Notes under the pieces: generated by a model
The model's input: only the letters and a program-made list of their open reading frames with translations
Database searches by the model: none
Told to the model about the DNA's origin: nothing
Part shown: positions 54,601 to 64,000 of the stretch, one piece after another
How positions within the stretch are numbered: position 1 is the first letter of the stretch
Layout of the letters: the number at the start of each line of letters is the position of its first letter
From: Zygnema circumcarinatum SAG 698-1b
Lineage: Eukaryota; Plantae; Zygnematophyceae
Reading direction: 5' to 3'
Assembly (NCBI GenBank): GCA_037447605.1
Contig: CM074815.1
Span: 2,666,001-2,730,000, forward strand
Length of the DNA stretch: 64,000 bases
Program-made: the position numbers and the translations under genes

Positions 54601-57582
54601 AGCGGGCCTGTGAGGTAATTTCTGTTCAGCCAGCTGCCCTTCCAGAAAAAAAAAAAAAAAAAAGTCAAATTCATAGGTTCAAATGTAAAAATATGTAAAG
54701 ATGTCTCTCTTCTAAAGAATGGCAGGCACTCCTCGGTTAAGTTTGGCGCTTATCATCTGGGAAGGGTGACCTCCCACGTACAGAATCTGCAGGTTCACCA
54801 AATTTCCGATGGTCGCCGGAATGCCTCCGCGCAGCTTGTGACCCGTCAACACTCTGAAAAGCGACCCACGGGTTTTAAGGTTTAGGGTTCTAGGGTTAGG
54901 GTTTAGGATTTAGGGTTTTAAGGTTTACCGGTCAGGGTTAAGGTTTAGGGTTTAGGGCTTCCAAAGAAGTGCTAGGGCTTAGGGTCACAGTTTAGAGTTT
55001 GGTGATTATGGTTTTAGGGTTACCGGTCAGAGGGGTTAGGATTGAGGGGTTGGAGGTTGGGAGTTAAGCTTTAGGGTTTAAAGTTTATGCTTTAGGGTTG
55101 AGGGGTTTGGGTATATATAGGTTTGGGTATATATAGCGTTTGGAGTCTAGGGTTCAGGGTTCAAGTTCTACGGTTTAGGGTCCAGGGTTTAGGTGTCGGA
55201 TTCACAGTCGAGGGTTTAGGGTTTAAGTCCACTTTGACGATTCAACTGCATTGGTTCGTTCCCTAGGGTTCAGGGCCGGGCCGGTGTACGGACAGCCTCC
55301 TGAGGAAGGTGAGTCGCGTCACGGCCTCGGAGATGGTCCCGTCGAGGCGGGGGCCGGTCCGGGGGAGGTTCGGGGACTGTACGGACCCGTCGGGGAGGGA
55401 GGTGGGCTCCGTGGCCAGGAACCTGAGGGGAAGGGAAAGTTGAAAATTTCGAGGGGTAAATTGGAGGTAGAGGGAGAGATGGAGGGAGGAGGAAGAGAGG
55501 AGCGGGAGTGAGAGATAGAGGGGGGGGGGGAGAGAAGGGAGATGGAGAGGCGGGTTGGGGAGAGAGGAGAGAGAGGGAGAGGGGGTTGAGGGGAGAGAGG
55601 GGGGAGGCGAGAGAGGGAGAGGGGGAGAGTGGGGGGAGAGGAGAGAGAGAGGGAGAAGGGGAGAGAGCGGGAGAAGAGGAGAGAGAGGAGAGAGGGGAGA
55701 GGAGACAGGGAGAGGGAGAGTGAGAGAGCGGGGGAGAGGAGAGAGCGGGAGAGGGGGAGAGTGAGGAGAGCAAGGGGAGAGGAGGGAGAGGGAGAGTGGT
55801 AGAAAGAGGAGAGGGAGGAGAGGGGAGAGAGGGAGAGGTAGAGAGGTTTAAGGTGGGGAGAGGAGAAAGAGGAAGATGGGGAGAGAGAGGAGAGAGAGGA
55901 GGAGAGAGAGATGGAGAGAAAGGAGAGTGAGGGAGAGGGGGAGAGGGGAGAGAGGGATTGGGGGAGAAACAGAGAGGGAGAGAGGAGAGATAGGGAGAGA
56001 GGCAGCGAGAGAAGAGAGGGGGGAGAGGAGAGAGTGGGAGAAGGTGAGGGAGAGGAGAGAGGGGGAGAGGAGAGAGAGCGACGGGGAGAGAGGGGAGAGA
56101 GGAGGAGAGGCGAGAGTGGGAGAGGGGGGGAGAAGGGAGAAAAGGGGGAGAAGAGAGAGTGGACGAGGGAGAGAGAGAGAGGGGGAGATAGGAGAGACAG
56201 GGAGCGGGGGAAGGAGAGAGAGGGAGAAAGGAGAGAGAGGGAGAGTGGGAGAGAGTTGAGAGAGGAGGGCGAGAGAGGAGAGTGGGGGGGGAGGAGGGAG
56301 AGGGAGAGTGGTAGAGAGAGGAGAGGGAGGAGAGGAGAGAGAGGGAGAGCAGGAGAGAGGTGAGAGGGGGGAGCGGAGAGAGTGGAAGAGGGGGAGAGAG
56401 AGGAGAGAGAAGGAGAGAGAAATGGAAGGAAAGGAGACAGAGGGAGAGGGGGAGAGGGAGAGGGGGAGAGGAGAGAGAGGGATTGGGGGAGAAACAGAGA
56501 GGGAGAGAGGAGAGATAGGGAGAGACGCAGCGAGAGAAGAGAGGGGGAGAGGAGAGAGGGAGAAGGTGTGGGAGTGCAGAGAGTGGAAGGAGAGCGAGTG
56601 CGACGGGGAGAGAGGGGGGAGAGGAGGAGAGGCGAGAGTGGGAGAGGGGGAGAGAGGGTGGAGAAGAGAGAGTGGAAGAGGGGGAGAGAGAGTGATGGGG
56701 AGATAGGAGAGACAGGGTGCGGGGGAAAGAGAAAGAGGGAGAAAGGAGTGAGAGGGAGGGAGGGCGAGAGAGGAGAGAGGGGAGAGAGAGGGAGAAAAGG
56801 AGAGGCGAGAGACAAAGCGGGAGAGTGAGAAGGCGGGAGAGAAAGATTTCCAAATCTCTTTTTTCATTCGTAAAATATTTCATGGCCTTCCACAGTTTCC
56901 CGCAACATGTTTATTAAAATTTCTTGAATTTTTAACTTCCAAAATATTACTATTTAGGTCCGCAGGGGGAGAGCACCCACAAGGAGATGACGTTGCCTTT
57001 GACGTCACACGTCACGCCCAGCCACTTGCTGCAGTCATTTTTGGACCACCATGACGTCAGCAGCGAGGGCCCAGTGGGCTTCAGCGCCCTCCGGACCTCC
57101 TGCAGAATGCCTGCCCCCCCCACACGTGCGAATTTCAGGAAAAATATTTCAGGTAGGTCCCCAAAAAAAAAAAGGGGTGAGGGCGAGAAAAAATGTTTCT
57201 GGGACTTTTTCGTATCGGAAAATCTCGTGGGAAAAAATAAAAAAAAAGAATTAGAATAATTTGGAAGTTACGTTTTTTTGGGCCAGCTTTGCTCACCCTG
57301 CTGTGCGGTGATGATCCGTACAGCCGCCACGTGGCGCGCGTAGAGTGGTAAAATGACAGCGAGGACCACACGTGCGAGGACGCTGAGAGAGTGCCTGCCA
57401 AACCATTTCGAACCCCTCAGTCAGCCATGCCATGGCATGGCGCATGCCATCCATATATGGTCATCATGGCTAATGCCATGCATCCATGACCATCATGGCC
57501 CGTGCAGCTCTCTCTCTCCTCTCTCTCTCTTGGTCCCCATACGGAAAAACGCATCTCACCGGCGACGGCCGGCGGCGGCCAT
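51624..57582 (-). CDS. Signal-peptide LRR protein with C-terminal Cys-rich/EGF-like module (LRR-2, paralogue of LRR-1); no kinase found
   Basis: Exons 57582-57560, 57394-57297, 57110-56981 (23/98/130 bp, the same as LRR-1), 55422-55294, 54853-54782, 54633-54562, 53965-53894, 53774-53703, 52522-52460, 52361-52290, 51946-51624 (NCL..QKSDSECAKFC..GGACG.FGYC..CTCERGY..FTC). The 3' end is unresolved. Confidence 0.87.
51978..52230 (+). repeat. Degenerate telomere-like tract in an LRR-2 intron (another at ~54873-55225)
   Basis: TTTAGGG variants. Confidence 0.8.
52615..53630 (+). repeat. C/T homopyrimidine tract in an LRR-2 intron
   Basis: Direct reading. Confidence 0.9.
55465..56845 (+). repeat. 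G/A homopurine tract in LRR-2 intron 3 with an internal ~520-bp duplication
   Basis: GGGATTGGGGGAGAAACAGAGAGGG occurs at ~55955 and ~56478. Confidence 0.85.
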
Positions 57583-58950
57583 GGCTTGTAGAGGGCGTAG
57601 CGAGAACAGAAGGCGACAAAGAGGGGGAGGCGGCGGCTGCTTTGTAGGGGCGGTCTGGGGTGGTCTGGTCGGTGGGACCAATAGGAAGGCGTATTAACAC
57701 GTGCGAGTGCAAGACAGGAGGGCAGGAAAAGATTTGGATTCGAGACGGAATGATTCAATCATCGGTAGGTGACTTGATTTACAACTGTTGGTGACGTCAT
57801 TGACCTTTTTAGCGAATCAGACGAAGGATTTACACGTGTATATCGGTGACGATTGATTGCAGAATCTGGTGTAGCCAATAGGTGAGAGTCCTAACACGTG
57901 TGGAAGTCTGTATGCGTGTCGCGGTGGTTGCCTCGCATTGGTTTCGGGTCGGCGGAGGTGCCACGTGGCAATGAATCTGGCTCCGTTAAGGCGTCAGCGG
58001 CGGATGGCTGAAAATTTCAAAACGGCAAGTTTTTAAACCAATTAAACATGAAGGTTACACGAGAGAATCAGTTTATAGTTGACCGAACAAAGGTTTTGAG
58101 CATATTAAAAAACATTTCAGTGACTAAGGTATTTCCAAACTGGCTCTCCTTTCCATGCGGAAACAAAGTTGGAGGTCGTTGAAATGCCACGTCGACTGTG
58201 ACGTGGCGGGCTCGCAACGCACACAGGCATCTATCTGCCCCGCCAAATTAATTTTGTAATAAATGTTCAGATTCCTAATTTTTTTTTGTTAAGATATGAT
58301 AACAATTGATTTTCGGCCCTGTGGATTTGTCCGTGGGATGGCGGACCTTCATTGGCTGTAATGAAATTTTTCGAGCAGACCGTAAAGCAAATGATCCGAA
58401 CAATTTCAGAGGGGGCGAAAGTTTCAAAGTGGCCCTTCCATTTCATAGCGACCTACGGCCAGCTCTCCACCAATGGAAACTTACCACGTAGACAGCTCTG
58501 CGCCAATCACGAGCTGTATATTTGCCACGTCATAAGGACAATACATGCGCTTAAAGTGCCACGTCATCGACTTCATTGAAGCAAATGTGGCGCTGCTCCA
58601 GCTCCGTTTCAAGGGCTCCCAATCGGCTGGCGAATACGGCCAAACGGCCTGGGCGGCTCCGAGGTCGGCAGACTGGGACTTGCGGAGTAGGTCGGTGGTT
58701 GACTTAGGTCGGTGGCAGATTTCCCCTGTCACGTGTTCGACACGTGTCTCACGGTTACTGGCCAAAAAGATTGACAGCGCGTAGCTGAGTCAGATTTCGA
58801 CCAATTGTTGCGTGTCACTTCACACTATATGCTGACGTGGCAGCCCGCGATTGGCTGTGCTCACCAGGGCATCGACCTCCGACCGACGGCCCGAAGAGGG
58901 CAGTTCAAGGCCTTCGAGGGGTTCAAGGGCGCGGGCTGGAGGGTGGTCGG

Positions 58951-59387
58951 TAGGGTTGGGGGCACGGTCCCCCTCCGACCCGTGCCCAGGGGCACGTGCC
59001 CCCCCCCCCCCCCCAAGGGGGGGGGCATGCCCCTTTTTCGTGCCCCGTGACGTGACTGCATTGAGCAATTCAAATCGGCCCCAAAAAGAATATAATATTT
59101 TAAAAACGGTACGAATGAAGGTACGGAAAGTACAGATGAATGTACTAAACGTACGGATCAAGGTACAAATGTACGAAAAAATATGAAAAGTACGGACAGT
59201 ACTCACAACTTCAATCGTCACCGGCCCGGGCCCGGTCGTACGAGGTAAGCGTCACGTGACAGGGGGCACGGGGGGGCACGAAATATATGGGGAAAATTTT
59301 TGGAGGCGTGCCCCGGGCACGGACGGTCAAAAATGGGGGGCATGCCCCCCCCCCGGGCATGCCCGTGCCCCCGTGCCCCCAACCCTA
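58951..59387. mobile_element. hAT-type MITE
   Basis: GTGGTCGG|TAGGGTTGGGGGCACGG...CCGTGCCCCCAACCCTA|GTGGTCGG: 17-bp TIR, 8-bp TSD. Confidence 0.9.
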
Positions 59388-59447
59388 GTGGTCGGGGGGG
59401 CCCCCGAGGACTGAGGGGTTTGGCTTTTGTGTGGGCTGAACACTTGA

Positions 59448-59555
59448 GGGTTTAGGGTTTAGTGTTTAGGGTTTAGGGTGTATGGTTTAGAGTTTAGGGG
59501 TTTAGGGTTGAGGGTTGAGGGTTTAGGGTTGTAGGGTTTAGGGTTCAGGGTTTAA
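59448..59555 (+). promoter_or_regulatory. Telomere-like (telo-box) tract abutting the TPC1 start codon
   Basis: About 15 TTTAGGG-like units ending ...GGGTTTAAGCC-ATG (59559). A regulatory role is inferred. Confidence 0.5.
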
Positions 59556-59558
59556 GCC

Positions 59559-60353
59559 ATGGCTGATCCCGCACGGGAGCCGCTGCTCGAGAGAGAGGAA
59601 CGGCGGGAGGCTCGGGAGGCGGAAGCAGGGAGGGAGGAATGGGAAAGGATGGAGGAGAGGTGGGAGGAGAGAGAGAGGGAGGTGGAGGGAGAGTGGGAGA
59701 GCGAGGGAGAGGGAGAGTGGGAGAGAGAGAGGGAGGGAGAATGGGAGGGCGAGGGAGAGGGAGAGAGGAGGGAAAGGAGAGAGAAGGGAGCGGCATTTCA
59801 TTGGATGCGCTCTCGGTCTGTGACGGAGGGAATGTCGGCGGGAGGGGGGAGTGAGAGAGGAGAGGGAGAGGGAGAGGGAGAGGGAGAGGGAGAGGAGGTG
59901 AGAGAGGGAGAGAAGGAGGCGGAGGCGGAGGAGGGAGGCGAGTGGGGCCGCATTGCGAAGGCGGCGTGTATGGTGGAGGAGGTGCGCCCTGAAACTGGGT
60001 TTATGAAGTTATGAAATCGGTGCATTATGTTTTCTTAGGGTCTACTTACACACCTTTTTTGGCTAGATACACACCTTCTTTCGCCGGTCAGATTTTATTT
60101 TAGGGTTTTGAGGGCTTTGGGATTTTTAAAGGTGTATCTAGCCAAAAAATATGTGTAAATAACATTCCTATATTTTTTTAGGGGTTGTAGGGTTTTCACT
60201 CGTGTTCAGGTTTACGGTTTTGATTGTTTCAGAAACTTAAGAAGTTCATGGCGTCCTTTTCGAAATTTAATCCTTAATCCTTTCATGGTATAGGGGTTTG
60301 GGATTTTTTAAGACACTTAGGTTTTATTTAAGGGGTTCAGTGTTATTCTGTTT

Positions 60354-60389
<36 letters not shown>

Positions 60390-63300
60390 NNNNNNNNNNG
60401 GGGGGGGGGGGGGGTGCATGCATGCATGCGCGTGCATGTCCGCAGGCGATGCGCGGCCGTCGGATGCCGCCGGAGGTGATCGACCGTCCACAGCCCGCGG
60501 CGGCGCGTGCGGCCTTCCTTTGGTACCACGCGTTGGGGGCCGTACGGACGGCGGCCGTCGTGCTGCTTATGGGGCTGCCCTTCCTGGAGGTCGTGACCGA
60601 CTGACTGACTGACTGGCTGGCTGGCTGGCTGGCTGACTGACTAAGCTGACCATGGGGTGGTGACTAAAGCATGGACATGGGGTATGGGTGATGTTGTGGG
60701 GAATTGGTTTTAAGGGTTTAGGGTTTTGAGGGAGGTGAGCGATTTCATGGATCTTGGAGGGTTTTGCAGGTTTTTGAGAGGGGGGGGGGAGGAGAGAGAG
60801 AGAGAGAGAGAGAGAAGAGATGCAAGAGATGTTTTTGAAAGGGAGGATTTATGTTTACTTCATTTATAAACTTTGTTTATTTTGTCTGCTTTTGATTAGC
60901 AGATCCCTCCGTGGTGCAAGTACAAGGAGGACCCCCCCTGCGGCGATCCGAACTTGTTTCCTCTCAGCGGACTGCCGTACCTTCATCCTGCGACTGTGCT
61001 TTGCCTGGAAGTGAGGTCACTTTTTTATTTGTTTTTAGACCCATTTTCCTTATTTTAGGTTCTGCTAATCTTTCACAGATTCAGATTCAGATTTTTCTTT
61101 AATTGTTACTTCAATTTTGTTAGTTTCTATGTTTTCATTCTTTTCATGATCGTTGACGTTATTGCAATCTTTTCCATCTAAAGAATTGAGGCAAACGTTG
61201 CATAACGAAGCATCTTACGCCCGGACATGGAAGGGATACAAATGGGGTACAAATGGGGTACAAATGGGGTACAAATGGGATACAAATGGGGTACAAATGG
61301 GGTACAAATGGGGTATTGCGGAGCTCCTTTGTATTGCAGTTCCTCATCCTCTTCTCCCTTTTAGGGTTGGTCCTCCTCCAACATCGCTTCTTGGGCTCCG
61401 CCGGCTTTTGGAACAACAAAGTTTGCGTTTACAAGGTGCGGAAGGAAACCCTAAAGTCTAAACCCTAAAGTGGGCCGTACAGTGTGGGGCTGAGGTTATG
61501 TCACGGGTGCAACATACGCATTGTTATGTTGAGGGGGGCACCGACATATGATGGTGTAGGGTACGTTTAAGTCTATTAAGCAAGGTATGGTTGGTTAGTA
61601 CGTCTCTCTCCTTCTCCTCTCCTCACCTCTCCTTCTCTGTGTCACTGTCTTCTTGGCCCTCTCTCTCTCTCTCTCTCACCCTCCCTCTCTACCTTCCCCC
61701 CTCTCTCATTGTCTTTGGTTACTCTCCACATCCCCTCTCAACCTCCTCTTTCCTCTCTCTCCATTCCACTCACTCTCTCCCTTCCGCCATCGCTCCCCCC
61801 CCGTTCTCTCGTTCTCCCATATTTCCTCTCTCGTGCCCCGTCCCTTCCTCCCTCACTCCTCCCCTCTTTCTCCCTCTGTCTCTCTTTCCCCCACTTTCTC
61901 CCTCTCCCCGACTCTCTCTCTCCTTCTCGCACTCCCCCTTTCCACCCTTCCCTCGCTCTTTCTGTCTCTCTTTCCCGCCTCTCTCTTCATCTCTCCCTCT
62001 CCCTCCCCCACTCCCTCCTCCCCTCTCTCGCTGTCCTTTCCCTCTTCTCTTTCTGTCTCGCCTTCCCCCCACTCTCCCCCTCTCTTCCCCTCTCTCCCCC
62101 TCTCCCTCCCCCTCCCTCTCCTTTCCCCCTTCTCTTTCTGTCTCGCCCTCCCCACCTTCCCTCCCCCTCCCTCTCCCCCCCTCTCCCTTTCCCTCTCCTT
62201 CTCCCTTCCTGCGATCATGCGAGCGAGGGAGGGAGGGTCTCAGGCAGTCCTCGTGGTTTCCGGCCTCTCGGACCGTTTGGCGGCGCTCGTCCAAATGGCG
62301 GTCCTCCGCTCCAATTTTCGATTTCACCTTTTTCCGTACCTTCGCGTATTCCTCGCCATCGTCTTTAGTCGGTAAGCATTAAAAAAAAAAGAAAAAAAAA
62401 AAAAAAAAAAAAANNNNNNNNNNATTCAGATTTTTCTTTAATTGTTACTTCAATTTTGTTAGTTTCTATGTTTTCATTCTTTTCATGATCGTTGACGTTA
62501 TTGCAATCTTTTCCATCTAAAGAATTGAGGCAAACGTTGCATAACGAAGCATCTTACGCCCGGACATGGAAGGGATACAAATGGGGTACAAATGGGGTAC
62601 AAATGGGGTACAAATGGGATACAAATGGGGTACAAATGGGGTACAAATGGGGTATTGCGGAGCTCCTTTGTATTGCAGTTCCTCATCCTCTTCTCCCTTT
62701 TAGGGTTGGTCCTCCTCCAACATCGCTTCTTGGGCTCCGCCGGCTTTTGGAACAACAAAGTTTGCGTTTACAAGGTGCGGAAGGAAACCCTAAAGTCTAA
62801 ACCCTAAAGTGGGCCGTACAGTGTGGGGCTGAGGTTATGTCACGGGTGCAACATACGCATTGTTATGTTGAGGGGGGCACCGACATATGATGGTGTAGGG
62901 TACGTTTAAGTCTATTAAGCAAGGTATGGTTGGTTAGTACGTCTCTCTCCTTCTCCTCTCCTCACCTCTCCTTCTCTGTGTCACTGTCTTCTTGGCCCTC
63001 TCTCTCTCTCTCTCTCACCCTCCCTCTCTACCTTCCCCCCTCTCTCATTGTCTTTGGTTACTCTCCACATCCCCTCTCAACCTCCTCTTTCCTCTCTCTC
63101 CATTCCACTCACTCTCTCCCTTCCGCCATCGCTCCCCCCCCGTTCTCTCGTTCTCCCATATTTCCTCTCTCGTGCCCCGTCCCTTCCTCCCTCACTCCTC
63201 CCCTCTTTCTCCCTCTGTCTCTCTTTCCCCCACTTTCTCCCTCTCCCCGACTCTCTCTCTCCTTCTCGCACTCCCCCTTTCCACCCTTCCCTCGCTCTTT

Positions 63301-63710
63301 CTGTCTCTCTTTCCCGCCTCTCTCTTCATCTCTCCCTCTCCCTCCCCCACTCCCTCCTCCCCTCTCTCGCTGTCCTTTCCCTCTTCTCTTTCTGTCTCGC
63401 CTTCCCCCCACTCTCCCCCTCTCTTCCCCTCTCTCCCCCTCTCCCTCCCCCTCCCTCTCCTTTCCCCCTTCTCTTTCTGTCTCGCCCTCCCCACCTTCCC
63501 TCCCCCTCCCTCTCCCCCCCTCTCCCTTTCCCTCTCCTTCTCCCTTCCTGCGATCATGCGAGCGAGGGAGGGAGGGTCTCAGGCAGTCCTCGTGGTTTCC
63601 GGCCTCTCGGACCGTTTGGCGGCGCTCGTCCAAATGGCGGTCCTCCGCTCCAATTTTCGATTTCACCTTTTTCCGTACCTTCGCGTATTCCTCGCCATCG
63701 TCTTTAGTCG
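59559..63710 (+). CDS. TPC1: Two-pore Ca2+-activated cation channel TPC1, 5' part (continues off the right edge)
   Basis: Exons 59559-59981, 60446-60589, 60903-61010, 61340-61435, 62244-62371 (duplicates 62679-62774 and 63583-63710): IAKAACMVEE-AMRGRRMPPEVID..FLWYH..LPFLE-IPPWC..C.D....LSGLPYL..LE-FLILF..GSAGFW..K-..FHLFPYLRVFL. This follows the plant TPC1 pattern (KAAALVDLAEDG..FFEQPLWC..GELPYL..APYVRV, from recall). Confidence 0.85.
61238..61315 (+). repeat. 11-bp tandem repeat (ACAAATGGGGT)n in TPC1 intron 3 (duplicate at ~62577-62654)
   Basis: Seven copies read directly. Confidence 0.9.
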
Positions 63711-63752
63711 GTAAGCATTAAAAAAAAAAGAAAAAAAAAAAAAAAAAAAAAA
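62424..63752. other. Tandem duplicate of ~61085-62413 across a 10-N gap; probable unmerged contig overlap
   Basis: Apparently identical sequence at offset 1339, with the junction at the N run 62414-62423. Confidence 0.85.
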
Positions 63753-64000
63753 GAGACCAGCGAAAGGCAATTAAATCAGTAAGTTAATATTAACAAGGTT
63801 GCTATCGTTTTTGGCTCGTTTTAATATTTTTTTCAAAATTTTTGTTGGGATCGGGCAGGTCTCTCCGAGGGAGCTTTCGGATTCTGCTGCGAATAATGGC
63901 GGGCTTTTTGGACGTGACGGTGCGTAGAAGAGAGAGAGCGAGAGAGAGAGAGAGAGGACAGAGAGAGCGAGAGAGGACAGAGAGAGAGAGAAAGAGAGCG

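Noticed and set aside
61085-63752. Tandem exon duplication in TPC1
   Set aside because: Same signature: identical copies joined at a 10-N gap after a poly-A run.

Overview
Intron-rich eukaryotic genomic DNA from the green lineage. Plant-type TTTAGGG repeats and plant-like FtsH11, LTN1, TPC1, EXORDIUM and LRR genes suggest a streptophyte alga, possibly zygnematophycean; this is inference, not a database result. It is a draft scaffold with seven 10-N gaps and one 100-N gap. I reconstructed spliced genes by hand from GT-AG boundaries and reading-frame continuity: FtsH11-like protease (5' part on -, and a separate 3' part on +), two EXORDIUM/Phi-1 paralogues carrying a shared extra C-terminal Cys/Trp module, the 3' part of listerin/LTN1, a DUF3445 gene, two paralogous signal-peptide LRR + Cys-rich (EGF-like) genes differing by a block of eight LRR exons, a complete secreted type-B carboxylesterase plus a pseudogene copy split by a solo LTR, and the 5' part of two-pore channel TPC1. 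Intergenic DNA holds MITEs of several superfamily types (several nested, TIR/TSD visible), a 445-bp TRIM, a Ty3/gypsy integrase relic, many telomere-like tracts and very long GA/CT microsatellites. Most ORFs in the supplied track are microsatellite read-throughs. Two tandem duplications sit across N gaps and are probably assembly overlaps. No rRNA, tRNA or CRISPR array was recognised.
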